Shown here in pieces: positions 38,833-48,988 of a DNA stretch of 64,000 nucleotides. The notes under the pieces were generated by a model that had not been told where the DNA came from, searched no databases, and was given only the letters and a program-made list of their open reading frames with translations. A program made the position numbers and the translations under genes. The DNA is from Bdellovibrionota bacterium. Lineage in GTDB: Bacteria > Bdellovibrionota_C > UBA2361 > JAAYZI01. The stretch spans positions 544,001-608,000 of the forward strand of contig JBMNIF010000002.1 in assembly GCA_050950765.1 (NCBI GenBank), written 5' to 3'. Numbering within the stretch: position 1 is the first letter of the stretch; every line of letters starts with the position of its first letter.

Positions 38833-41463
38833 CTACTCTTTTTTAGCTTTCGACTTACGTGTTGTTTTCTTTTTCTCTTCCACTTCCTCACTATCTTCTA
38901 CTTCCGCAACTTTAGTTGCACGTAACTCCAAAAGATTAACTGCATCATCTAAAGTCAGAGCTTCAATGTCTGCTCCCTTAGGTATAGAAGCATTGATCTT
39001 ACCATCAGTCACATAAGGACCAAAACGACCACTACGAAGAGAGATCTCTTTCTCTGTCGTTGGATGCTTTCCAAGAGCCTTTAATTTTAAAGGACTACTT
39101 CCGCCACGTCCACGCCTCTTAGGCTCTGCCAAGATCTCTAAAGCCCTCTCAAGTGTAATCGTTAAAGGAGAATCGGTTGCTGCCAAACTACGCGTATCAC
39201 TACCACATTTGATATAGGGACCGTAGCGACCGTTAGCTGCTATAACCTCTTCACTGTTTTGCGGATTACTACCTAACGACCTCGGCAAGGCGAGTAATTT
39301 TAAAGCAAGCTCAAGGTCAACCTCTTCAAGTGTCATCCCTGCTAATAATGAAGCTGTTTTATTAGGATTCTTTTTATCGTTCCGACTCTCTCCCAACTGT
39401 ACATACGGACCGAACGGTCCATTTTTAATAAAGAAAACTGGCTCATTCGTTTCTGGATCCGTTCCTAAATTTTGAGGCCCCTCACTAGCAGACTTTAAAA
39501 GCTCTTCTGCTTTTTCAAGGGTTAACTCATCAGGTGGTAATAACGGCGGCACACCAGCTCTATTTGTGCCGTCTGTTAAGAAAGCCCCGTAGCGCCCGAC
39601 GCGAACTTCTATCTCTGCACCTTCTGCCGTTTTTGCTAACGGCATGCCACAAACTAAACGGGGATCAATATTTTTTTCACCGTCTTCAACCATACCCTTT
39701 AAGCCAAGATGTCCGTTACCGTAATAAAACGTTTTTAAATACGTTAAATTATCCGCCTCTCCGCGAGAGATTGAATCTAAATTATCCTCAAACCCCGCCG
39801 TAAAACCGTAATCAACAAGGGTAGCAAAGTTTTTTTCCATTAAAGATGTTAAAATCATCGCTAAAAAGGTCGGAACTAAAGCCGTCCCTTTTTTAAAAGC
39901 GTATTCACGCGATTGAATTACTCCAACTATTGAAGCCCAAGTGCTCGGTCTACCGATACCCAACCTTTCCAGCTCTTTAATTAAACTACCTTCAGTATAA
40001 CGCGCCGCCGGTAGTGTTGTATGTTGTAACGCTTCAAGGTGTTTAATACTTAAAGGATCGCCCTGCTTTAAAGGTGGAAGGATCTTCTCCTGATCTGCTA
40101 ACTCGGCATCAGGATCATCAGAGCCTTCTACATAAGCTCTTAAAAATCCCGGAAAAGTTATGGTTTTACCAGAAGCTCTAAAACGAGCGTCGTCACATAA
40201 AATTGATGCTGTGATCCGCGTGCCGTGCGCATCAGTCATCTGCGAAGCGATCGTTCTCTTCCAGATCATCTCATAAAGTTTAAACGCCTCAATCCCGAAA
40301 CGTGCTTGCACTTCAGAGAGTGGTACAAAATGCTCTCCAGCGGGACGGATCGCTTCATGCGCTTCCTGCGCATTTTTTACCTTTGTTTTATAAAGACGTG
40401 GGGATGCGGGTAAGTATTCTTTTCCAAAATCACGCTCAATTAAAGTTCTCGATGCACGCAGAGCTTCTTCAGAGAGATTGGTTGAGTCAGTTCTCATATA
40501 GGTTATTAAACCGTTTTCATAAAGCGTCTGTGCAATCTTCATCGTACGTTGTGCTGTAAAGCGCAACTTTCTACTAGCTTCCTGTTGCAAAGTGCTTGTT
40601 GTAAAAGGTGCCGCTGGTTTATTGGTAAACGGCTTAGACTCTACGGAGCTAACTTTTATATCTCCATTTTTTAACTTAGAGCAAAGCTCTTCAGCGCTCT
40701 TTTTATTAAGGAACACGACCGCTTCAGGCTTATCAAGCTTTCCTGTTAATGGGTTAAAATCTTTACCCTCAGCTATCCTTTTTTCTCCAACGTGCGTTAA
40801 CTCCGCTTCAAAGAGGGCATTATCTTGCGTTTTAAAAACTCCTTTTAATCCCCAGAAATCAGCACTTTTAAAAGACAAACGCTCTCTTTCTCGTTCAACT
40901 AAAAGCCGCATGGCAACGCTCTGCACACGTCCAGCACTTAAGCCACGCTTAACTTTTTTCCAAAGAAGTGGACTGACTTCATATCCGAATAAGCGGTCAA
41001 CGATACGCCGCGTCTCTTGAGCACGCACCAACGCCATATCGATCTCCCTAGAAGATGAGATCGCTTTCTGAATGGCATCTTTTGTAATTTCATGAAAAAC
41101 CATCCGACGCACTGGAACTTTCGGTTTTAAAACCTCCACTAAGTGCCAACTGATCGACTCCCCTTCGCGGTCACCGTCAGTCGCCAGTAAAAGTTCAGAG
41201 GCATCTTTTATCAATTTTTTTAATTCAGTAACGTGTTTCTTCTTTCCGTCAGGAATGACATAGATCGGTTCAAAATTATTCTCTACATTAACACCGAGAC
41301 TCGCCCACTTCTCCTTTTTATACTTTAACGGCACCTCTGCTGCATTATTAGGCAGGTCTCTAACGTGCCCAAAAGAAGATGCAATTGTATAATTATCGCC
41401 CAAAAAGCGTTTAATTGTTTTCGCCTTTGTTGGCGACTCCACTATCACAAGTCGATTAACCAT
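38833..41463 (-). CDS. topA: DNA topoisomerase I with Toprim C-terminal repeats
   Basis: IVESPTKAKTI, DGDREGE, SAGRVQS, catalytic ITYMRTD, and GR(Y/F)GPY repeats. Confidence 0.97.
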   Translation of the reverse strand: MVNRLVIVESPTKAKTIKRFLGDNYTIASSFGHVRDLPNNAAEVPLKYKKEKWASLGVNVENNFEPIYVIPDGKKKHVTELKKLIKDASELLLATDGDREGESISWHLVEVLKPKVPVRRMVFHEITKDAIQKAISSSREIDMALVRAQETRRIVDRLFGYEVSPLLWKKVKRGLSAGRVQSVAMRLLVERERERLSFKSADFWGLKGVFKTQDNALFEAELTHVGEKRIAEGKDFNPLTGKLDKPEAVVFLNKKSAEELCSKLKNGDIKVSSVESKPFTNKPAAPFTTSTLQQEASRKLRFTAQRTMKIAQTLYENGLITYMRTDSTNLSEEALRASRTLIERDFGKEYLPASPRLYKTKVKNAQEAHEAIRPAGEHFVPLSEVQARFGIEAFKLYEMIWKRTIASQMTDAHGTRITASILCDDARFRASGKTITFPGFLRAYVEGSDDPDAELADQEKILPPLKQGDPLSIKHLEALQHTTLPAARYTEGSLIKELERLGIGRPSTWASIVGVIQSREYAFKKGTALVPTFLAMILTSLMEKNFATLVDYGFTAGFEDNLDSISRGEADNLTYLKTFYYGNGHLGLKGMVEDGEKNIDPRLVCGMPLAKTAEGAEIEVRVGRYGAFLTDGTNRAGVPPLLPPDELTLEKAEELLKSASEGPQNLGTDPETNEPVFFIKNGPFGPYVQLGESRNDKKNPNKTASLLAGMTLEEVDLELALKLLALPRSLGSNPQNSEEVIAANGRYGPYIKCGSDTRSLAATDSPLTITLERALEILAEPKRRGRGGSSPLKLKALGKHPTTEKEISLRSGRFGPYVTDGKINASIPKGADIEALTLDDAVNLLELRATKVAEVEDSEEVEEKKKTTRKSKAKKE

Positions 41464-41744
41464 AATTCACCTGAGTTGTTGAACTTCAATAAAATACCTC
41501 CGAAGCATACCTATATTTGCACACGGTGCAAGAAGCAAGGGGAAAAAGCTCCCCTCTCTTTATTCCCTTGATAAAGATAACTACTTTATTTTTTTAATAT
41601 ATTACTCTCTAAAGGAAAGTTTTTTCTTTTAGGAAAAGTCTTCTCCATTTTTTAGTTAGGGGTCTAATACTTCTAAGAGACTATCAGGTTGGGCGCAGAT
41701 ATAATTTTTTAAAACGTACCTCCATTAAGGTTTTAATATAAAAA

Positions 41745-41940
41745 ACAATGTGCCGCTTTAACAGGTAAAAAATTCGCCGCAAGGAAAAAGCACGCGGTTT
41801 TAGTAGAAAAAAACTTTACCATAAGAAAAAAATCATGCGGTTTTAGGAGGAAAAAGCTTTACTATAAAAATAATATGCGGCTTTAGTAGGTAAAATTCGC
41901 CGTAAGGAAAAAATCATGCGGTTTTAGGAGGTAAAAAATC
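41745..41940. repeat. Degenerate ~41-bp tandem repeat x5 (81-bp dimer)
   Basis: GCGG(T/C)TTTAG at 41794, 41837, 41877 and 41918; AAATCATGCGGTTTTAGGAGG occurs twice, 81 bp apart. Confidence 0.8.
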
Positions 41941-42019
41941 TCTATACTTTCAAGTTGTTCCAAATTAGCTACAATGATTATATATTGAGCAAGCGGGTTT
42001 CTCCATAGGAAATATCATT

Positions 42020-43078
42020 ATGAAATACGAATTCGGAAAAGCGGAAGATGCTTTAGGAGCAGAACGTTTACAATATCAAAAATTAAGGAAAAGACACTCT
42101 AGTTTAAAAAAATGGTCTTTTTTTATATCTCTACTCTTACTTGTCGGCGTCGGCTACTGGTATTTTTATGTTTCTTCTCAACAACGTTTTCCCAAATTAC
42201 CAGAGGGATCTTATTTAGGTAGGATTTATGAGATCTTTCCTGATGAGCCCTCAGGGGTACAATTTTTTGTTGAGAGCTTACCGACGGAGGAATTGCTTTT
42301 TTCTTTGCAGCACCCAAAATGGAAACAGCAACGGGTAACAATGGTGCTAGGAGATAGTCAAGGCAACTGGTTGCATCCGATAGTTATTGTTGGAAGTGAT
42401 ACGAAGTTAAAGTTTATCGGAAAGAGTAACGGGGGTATCTATCAAGGGAGCGTAGCAACACAAGATGGGAGTAAAAAAGGGCGTTGGGAGCTCACTATGA
42501 TCTCATCCCCCGATCACAACGCCCTTGAAGACCTGACTAAACTGGAAGAGTGGTTAACTTTAAAGTTACAATCTGAACGTCTCTCTCAAGAAATTTTAGC
42601 CTCTAAAAGATCGGTTTCTGAACAAAATAAAGAGATCACGAAGTTGACTAATTTCATCACTGATGTTGATAGCCTTAAAGCTCGTGCTGAAAAAAAGTTT
42701 CGTGAAGTTACGGAAAAGATCACTGAGGAGGAAAAGGTTTTAAAGCAGAAAGAGAAGGAGGCGCAAGTAGTAGAAAATCAACTGGTTTTAGCGCAAGTAG
42801 TAACAGACATGGGAAAGTTAGTCTCGTTATCAAGACAAACTCTTGAACGTGAAAATCGATGGATTGATTCTGTCTTAGGTAGCGCCCTACCCCCACTCGG
42901 AGAAGATTTTCAATTAGCTGTTGAACAGGCAAAAAAAATCATCGGTGTAAAAAAAGCCATCGCCGAAGAGGAGGAGTATATCAATCACCTACGTAGTTTA
43001 ATGCAGGGCGGAGCGCCGCAAGCTACGCCTCCACCACCACCGACTACTTTTGGATCTTTGTGGGGGAATGCGCAATGA
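42020..43078 (+). CDS. Hypothetical single-pass membrane coiled-coil protein
   Basis: One TM helix, a beta-rich domain, a long coiled coil and a poly-Pro tail. Confidence 0.65.
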   Translation: MKYEFGKAEDALGAERLQYQKLRKRHSSLKKWSFFISLLLLVGVGYWYFYVSSQQRFPKLPEGSYLGRIYEIFPDEPSGVQFFVESLPTEELLFSLQHPKWKQQRVTMVLGDSQGNWLHPIVIVGSDTKLKFIGKSNGGIYQGSVATQDGSKKGRWELTMISSPDHNALEDLTKLEEWLTLKLQSERLSQEILASKRSVSEQNKEITKLTNFITDVDSLKARAEKKFREVTEKITEEEKVLKQKEKEAQVVENQLVLAQVVTDMGKLVSLSRQTLERENRWIDSVLGSALPPLGEDFQLAVEQAKKIIGVKKAIAEEEEYINHLRSLMQGGAPQATPPPPPTTFGSLWGNAQ

Positions 43079-43926
43079 AACGAGGTATTATCTTTTTTGC
43101 TCTGATTTTTTTAGCACTATTAACTTGTAGCAGTAACGCCTTTACTCAAGAACAAGTTATTGAGGTTGTAGTTAGTAGGTTAGTTAAGACCTCCTTTGAG
43201 CCGAAGGAAGCTTTTTTTATACTTAATCTTAACGAAGAGGTACAAAAAGTTCCTGTAAAACTTTGGATTACAGATCCTAATGATACAAAAACGGAAGGGA
43301 GTGATCTTTACAGATATTTTGGCACTTTATTTAAACTTCCTGCTACTCAAGAAAGTTTTCAAGAAGCTCTTCTAATTCTTGGCAACAATGGAGAAGGTGA
43401 ATTTTTCCCGTTTAAAACTCATCAAACAGCAGATGATGTTGTTTCGAATGAAGAGCTTTTAAATCTCCTTCAAAAACAGAAAGAAGCTATTGAAAGTTGG
43501 CGGGTGCAATTACGAGTGCAATCAGAAAGTTTAGAACGTTTACGTTCTGATGCTGAAATTATCGGCAACTTAGGAAAGATTGCAGAAAAAACCACAGAGC
43601 TACAACGTATGAAGATACAACGCCGCAACCTTGATCGTGATATGGAGAACTTAAAACGTTTTATCAAGATCGCTGGTAAAACTCCAAAGCCACACAATTT
43701 TACACGCCGTCAAAATATGTTGACTGAACAGTTAGAGGAGATCGCTAAAGCTGCTAAAGCGATGGAGGCGGGAGAGAGAGATCGTAAGAATCAGAGCGAA
43801 AGCGAGTTGCAACAACAGCTGCGCATGGTAGAAGAAACTAGAGACGAAGATTATGATGCTCTAAGAGAAAGGCTTAAAGCACTTAGACAAGAAAAAGTTG
43901 CACTTGAAGATTCTTATATGAGGTAA
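43075..43926 (+). CDS. Hypothetical exported coiled-coil protein
   Basis: ATGA overlap with the upstream stop, signal peptide MKRGIIFFALIFLALL, coiled-coil C-terminal half. Confidence 0.65.
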   Translation: MKRGIIFFALIFLALLTCSSNAFTQEQVIEVVVSRLVKTSFEPKEAFFILNLNEEVQKVPVKLWITDPNDTKTEGSDLYRYFGTLFKLPATQESFQEALLILGNNGEGEFFPFKTHQTADDVVSNEELLNLLQKQKEAIESWRVQLRVQSESLERLRSDAEIIGNLGKIAEKTTELQRMKIQRRNLDRDMENLKRFIKIAGKTPKPHNFTRRQNMLTEQLEEIAKAAKAMEAGERDRKNQSESELQQQLRMVEETRDEDYDALRERLKALRQEKVALEDSYMR

Positions 43927-43936
43927 AAGGTATATT

Positions 43937-44239
43937 ATGACGGAGTCGCTATCAAACACCGCTGACTATCACCGTTTAGCTCAGTTGGTGTGCGATCGAG
44001 GCTTGGCGGCTCCAGCAGTATTTTTTCTTGAAATGTATAAACCTGTTTCTACATTAATCGGTTCTGGAGCTCTCCTCTGCGAACCCCTCTTAAAGATCTT
44101 CTTTACAGGTGAGGCAACAGCAACAGCTATTGATTTTTTACAATCAAGGGAAAACATAGAACGTTTAATCTACGAGATAGAAGAGATAAGTCGCCTTAAT
44201 AAAGCGCAGAATAGAGAAAAGACTCAAAATTTATCTTAA
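43937..44239 (+). CDS. Small hypothetical protein
   Basis: Operonic spacing; RGLAAPAVFFLEMYKP...SRENIERLI pattern. Confidence 0.6.
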   Translation: MTESLSNTADYHRLAQLVCDRGLAAPAVFFLEMYKPVSTLIGSGALLCEPLLKIFFTGEATATAIDFLQSRENIERLIYEIEEISRLNKAQNREKTQNLS

Positions 44240-44327
44240 TAAATTCAATATATTACAAATAGGAGATCTCCATCAAAGCCGCATAACATATTAGGTTTAT
44301 TGTTATTTTTACCTATCTGGACAAATC

Positions 44328-44390
44328 CAAACTTAAACTTTGACATTGTCGAAGTTTAAGTTTGACATTGCCAAAGCTGTAAAGTATATT
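44328..44390 (+). promoter_or_regulatory. Sigma70 promoter with an overlapping long palindrome
   Basis: CAAACTTAAACTT-N11-AAGTTTAAGTTTG (44328-44364); TTGACA(44362)-N17-TATATT(44385). Confidence 0.65.
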
Positions 44391-44396
44391 TGTCTT

Positions 44397-45605
44397 ATGT
44401 ACTACATCCGTGACATTACAGATAGGCTTAAAGAATTAGCAAGCACATTTAATGTTGTAATCGTTACAGGTGCAAGACAGACAGGAAAGACCACATTACT
44501 TAAAGAGGTATTCCCTAATTATGAATACATCTCCCTTGATCTTCCCAGTGTAGCTGAACAAGCTGAAAAACAACCGCAGGATTTTTTTTCAAGACACTCT
44601 GAATATCTTATTATTGATGAGGTGCAATACGCCCCCTCTTTGTTTAGACACATCAAGTATCTTGTCGATGAAGATAGACAAAAAAAAGGAAGATATATCC
44701 TTTCCGGATCGCAAAAATTTAATTTAATGAAAGAAGTTTCAGAAAGTTTAGCAGGACGGTGTGCCGTCCTTAATTTAGAAACATTCTCTTTTTCTGAAAT
44801 AAAGAGTCATAATCGCTTTAAAAGTGTCTTAGATTACCAAACAATGCTTATGAAAGGCGGTTTTCCTGAACTTTGGGAGAACAGAGATCTTAAACGACAA
44901 GATTTTTTTTACAGCTATTTATCGACATACCTTGAAAGAGATGTCAGACAACTTCTCGGAATCGCAAGTCTAAGAGATTTTGAAAGATTTATCCGTCTCT
45001 GTGCTTCAAGAAATGCACAATTACTGAATAAAACCGAACTCGCAAAAGATGTTGGCGTCTCTGCTACAACCATTAACAACTGGTTGTCTGTTATGGAGGC
45101 TTCAAACCAAATAGTCTTATTGGAGCCGTATTATGAAAACTTGGGAAAAAGAATTATTAAGACACCCAAATTGTATTTTTGCGATACGGGATTACTGACA
45201 TACCTACTCGGCTTACAAAGCCTCTCAAAAACCCCTTTTACTGGAATGATTTGGGAAACATTTATTTTTTCTGAATTAAGAAAATATCTACATAAGGCTA
45301 CTTCAGGATCTTCTTTGTGGTTTTATAGAGATAAAAACGGCACAGAGGTGGATTTTGTAATCATACAAGGGGCTGAAGTTACCCTCTTTGAATGTAAGTG
45401 GTCCGAGCTACCTGTAAAGCAAGATGCCGCAGGACTACTTAAGGTAGGATCTTACTTTAAAGAAAAGAAGCCGATCCCTTTCGAAGTTAAACAGAATTTT
45501 ATCGTTTGCAGAACGGAGACCCCATTCCCTATCGCACACGATGTTACAGCCATAAACGGATTTAATTTAGCTGAAGATATGAAAAGACACTTTCAAGATA
45601 CTTAA
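44397..45605 (+). CDS. AAA_14/DUF4143 ATPase with a C-terminal PD-(D/E)xK-like motif
   Basis: GARQTGKTT, IIDEVQ, LSGSQ, ESLAGR, GGFP, KTPKLYFCDTG, EVDF...ECK. The start is refined to the ATG at 44397 (ORF track: 44340). Confidence 0.88.
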   Translation: MYYIRDITDRLKELASTFNVVIVTGARQTGKTTLLKEVFPNYEYISLDLPSVAEQAEKQPQDFFSRHSEYLIIDEVQYAPSLFRHIKYLVDEDRQKKGRYILSGSQKFNLMKEVSESLAGRCAVLNLETFSFSEIKSHNRFKSVLDYQTMLMKGGFPELWENRDLKRQDFFYSYLSTYLERDVRQLLGIASLRDFERFIRLCASRNAQLLNKTELAKDVGVSATTINNWLSVMEASNQIVLLEPYYENLGKRIIKTPKLYFCDTGLLTYLLGLQSLSKTPFTGMIWETFIFSELRKYLHKATSGSSLWFYRDKNGTEVDFVIIQGAEVTLFECKWSELPVKQDAAGLLKVGSYFKEKKPIPFEVKQNFIVCRTETPFPIAHDVTAINGFNLAEDMKRHFQDT

Positions 45606-45921
45606 ATCAGAGAAAAGACAAGTGTTTTTTCGTTTCGAAGAGATATAAAAGAACCTTCTAAAAAAACAATTTTAAATTCGCATAATAACCTAAATTGATT
45701 ATACTTATTCTTATATTTTAGACTAACTTTAGGATACTTGACCGAATCTGGTGGCGGCGGCGTCTATTTACGCAGCAGAAACTCACTCCTTACAAAAGGA
45801 AGTAAAATTTGCTATAGACTCGTCCCCTTATTACTATCAGTATCTAAGTTTACTTTAGTTTTACATTAGAAGTGTAACCTTAACCGTGTATGCAGTTTTA
45901 TAAATTAACTTAGGAGGATCT

Positions 45922-47430
45922 GTGGCTATTATTATTGATGACATATCTAGAACTTTCCAAGAATATCTACTCCTACCTGGGTTAACGAAAAAGGAAAATA
46001 TCCCATCTAATGTTAATTTAAAGGTTCCCATTCAACGCTTAACTAAAGATAGAAAGCAGGGGTTATCCGCAAATATACCGATCGTCTCTGCTGCAATGCA
46101 GGCAGTAACAGGTTCTGATTTAGCGATCGCTTTAGCCAGAAAGGGTGGTATCGGATTCGTCTATTGCTCACAATCCGTTGAAGAAGAAGCTAAAATCGTA
46201 CGCAAAGTTAAGGAACATAAGGCGGGCTTTGTGGAGTCAGATTCAAACCTTGCACCTGATGCTACCTTAAGAGATGCACTTAAGTTAAGGGAAAAAACGG
46301 GGCACTCCACGATAGCAATTACGCAAGACGGCACCGCTCATTCAAAATTATTAGGCATTCTAACCGGCAAAGATTTTTGGGAGTTTAAAGACGACCTCTC
46401 TAAACCTGTTTCAGAATACTACACCCCACTAGATAAGTTAGTCTACGGCGAAGAGGGTATCTCGTTGCAGGAGGCAACAGAAAAGTTGTGGTTAAATAAG
46501 AAAGAGTGCCTACCGATCGTTGATAAGACAGGGCGGCTTTCTGCTCTCGTTTTCAGAAAAGATTACTTTGATCATAAATCAAACCCTTATGAATTATCTG
46601 ACGCAAAGAAGAGACTTATTGTCGGTGCTGCTCTCAACACTCACGATTTTAAAGTGCGTGGTCCAGCTATGTTTGATGCCGGTGCAGATTGTGTCTGCTT
46701 GGACTCTTCTGATGGCTATGGCGAATGGCAAAAAGAGGCTGCGCACTGGTTACGTAAAGAGTGTGGCAGTGATGTAGTTATCGGCGGCGGCAATGTGGTA
46801 AGTGGCGACGGTTTTCGTTATTTAGCAGAAGAAGCGAAGCTTGATTTTGTTAAAGTCGGTATCGGCGGTGGTTCGATCTGTATTACACGCGAACAGAAGG
46901 GGATCGGGCGTGGACAGGCATCGGCAGTTTTAGATGTGGCGGCAGCACGTGATGCTTATTACGCAGAAACTGGGAATTATGTACCGATCTGTTCAGATGG
47001 CGGATTATTAAATGATACTCATGTAATCTTGGCACTCGCTATGGGAGCCGATTTTGTAATGATGGGACGTTATTTTGCTATGACAGAAGAGAGTCCAACT
47101 CCGAAGATCACTTATAAAGGAAGGATGTATAAGCCGTACTGGGGAGAGGGTTCAAACCGTGCTCGCAACTGGCAACGTTATAAACAATCAGAGAGAGAGC
47201 AACTTATTTTTGAAGAAGGTGTTGATGCTTACGTACCGTTTAGCGGAACTCTTTCAGAAAAGATTGATGTTACTATCGCAAAATTAAAATCAACGATGTG
47301 CAATATAGGTGTAACAACTATTAAAGAGCTACATCAGAACGCTCGCTTAACGCGAGTCTCTCCGATGACCTTAGTAGAAGGTGGCACTTCACACGTTGAA
47401 AATTTAGATAGAACACAATCTAATCAGTAA
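45922..47430 (+). CDS. guaB: IMP dehydrogenase
   Basis: PIVSAAMQAV, CBS pair, KVGIGGGSICITRE, ICSDGG, YWGEGS, EEGV. Confidence 0.95.
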   Translation: MAIIIDDISRTFQEYLLLPGLTKKENIPSNVNLKVPIQRLTKDRKQGLSANIPIVSAAMQAVTGSDLAIALARKGGIGFVYCSQSVEEEAKIVRKVKEHKAGFVESDSNLAPDATLRDALKLREKTGHSTIAITQDGTAHSKLLGILTGKDFWEFKDDLSKPVSEYYTPLDKLVYGEEGISLQEATEKLWLNKKECLPIVDKTGRLSALVFRKDYFDHKSNPYELSDAKKRLIVGAALNTHDFKVRGPAMFDAGADCVCLDSSDGYGEWQKEAAHWLRKECGSDVVIGGGNVVSGDGFRYLAEEAKLDFVKVGIGGGSICITREQKGIGRGQASAVLDVAAARDAYYAETGNYVPICSDGGLLNDTHVILALAMGADFVMMGRYFAMTEESPTPKITYKGRMYKPYWGEGSNRARNWQRYKQSEREQLIFEEGVDAYVPFSGTLSEKIDVTIAKLKSTMCNIGVTTIKELHQNARLTRVSPMTLVEGGTSHVENLDRTQSNQ

Positions 47431-47440
47431 TTGTTAAGAG

Positions 47441-48034
47441 ATGGATTGCAAAGATAATCAGGTGGTTCGTGAGCTTATCTTAGCCTCTGCTTCAGAGATG
47501 CGTAGTGAACTACTTAAGGTGTGCGGTGTTTCCTTTAAAGTCTGCCCTGCCGATATAGATGAAACGACTTTCCCTGAAGAAACTCCACTAGATGCCATTA
47601 AACGTTTAGCCTTAACAAAGGCCAAAGTTATTAGCGCTAAGTATCCTGACGCTTACGTTATAGGCGCAGATACAGATGTGGTTATTGATGGTGAGGTCTT
47701 AGGGAAACCGTTATGCGCCGAACGTGCAGAGGAGATGTTGCACCGTTTACAGGGACGAGAGCACTCTGTCATCGGATCTTTTGCCATCGTCTGCAAAACA
47801 AAGCCTCTTGAGGTGGTGGAATCAAGCGTTACAAAAGTTAAGTTTTTACCGATGACACCTGCGGAGATACGTGGCTATGTTGAAACAGGCGAGCCTCTTA
47901 ATAAAGCAGGAGCCTGTTCCATTCAAGGTTGCGGCATGCAATTTATAAGTGAAATCTGCGGCTCTTACAGCAATGTGATCGGATTAGACGTTGCAGCTTT
48001 ATTAAAAAAGATGAAAACTCTCTCCATTATATAA
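47441..48034 (+). CDS. maf: Maf family nucleotide pyrophosphatase
   Basis: LILASAS..R, IGADT, LGKP, KAGACSIQG, SNVIGL. Confidence 0.9.
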   Translation: MDCKDNQVVRELILASASEMRSELLKVCGVSFKVCPADIDETTFPEETPLDAIKRLALTKAKVISAKYPDAYVIGADTDVVIDGEVLGKPLCAERAEEMLHRLQGREHSVIGSFAIVCKTKPLEVVESSVTKVKFLPMTPAEIRGYVETGEPLNKAGACSIQGCGMQFISEICGSYSNVIGLDVAALLKKMKTLSII

Positions 48035-48058
48035 ATAGCATTAAAGCGTTATTTAAAT

Positions 48059-48754
48059 ATGGAAACTCTTATTTCACGCTATCTAAATATTATTACAAAC
48101 TTAAACTCAATAGCCTCCCGCAAAGGGCTTTCTGCGCCAACCCTTGTCGCCGTTTCAAAATACCAAGCGGTGGAGCAGATGCGGATTTTGGCTGATTTTT
48201 TAATCTCTAAAGGTGAATTAGCGTTTTTTGGAGAAAGTTACATTCAAGAATATCGCGCCAAACAAAAGCTTTTACCTCCGCACCGCTCACACCTAATCGG
48301 TCGCTTGCAACGGAATAAAGCGCGTGAAGCAGTGGAGCTTTTTGATGTGATAGAAAGCGTGCACTCACTCCCCCTAGCGGAAGCGTTACAACGAGAAGCA
48401 GAGAGATGTAATAAAATACAGGATATCTTCTTACAAATTAACGTTTCAGAAGAGGAGGGTAAGGCCGGTTTTTATAAAACTGACCTTCCTGCTGTGCTAA
48501 AGGAGGTTTTATCTTTTACAGCATTAAAACTTTGCGGTGTAATGACTATCACAAGGTATTATAAAAATCGGGAAGAGGTTAGACCTGATTTTGCTAAAAT
48601 GAAGAACCTAGCCGATATCATACAGGAAAAGCACCCTTCTTTAAGCAAACCTTTTCAGATCAGTATGGGCATGTCTGCTGATTATGATATCGCCACAGAG
48701 GAGGGCGCAACCTTTGTAAGGGTCGGTAGCGCTCTTTTCGGAGAGCGTTACTAA
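48059..48754 (+). CDS. yggS: PLP homeostasis protein YggS
   Basis: LVAVSKY, FGESY.QE, HLIGRLQRNK, SMGMSADY, VRVGSALFG. Confidence 0.92.
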   Translation: METLISRYLNIITNLNSIASRKGLSAPTLVAVSKYQAVEQMRILADFLISKGELAFFGESYIQEYRAKQKLLPPHRSHLIGRLQRNKAREAVELFDVIESVHSLPLAEALQREAERCNKIQDIFLQINVSEEEGKAGFYKTDLPAVLKEVLSFTALKLCGVMTITRYYKNREEVRPDFAKMKNLADIIQEKHPSLSKPFQISMGMSADYDIATEEGATFVRVGSALFGERY

Positions 48755-48988
48755 CCACCTCTAAAGCTAATTGTTTTTAAATATTTTAGCGGTATCTTCT
48801 AGGTAATTTTTAGGCAGATGTGCCCTTAGTTACAGGTTGGCTAAAGATAAGCTAAGGATATTTTACTGGTATCTTTTAGCTAATTATTAGGTAAAGGGAT
48901 CGCTCTTTACAGTATGGTATGTTTTATAAAGTTTTTGTAAACTCCGTAATATCTATAAACAGTGCACTTTTAAGCAGGCGGTGATATT

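Noticed and set aside
45720..45861. Canonical purine riboswitch or SRP RNA
   Set aside because: The diagnostic conserved motifs are not recognisable, so it is kept only as an unassigned structure.
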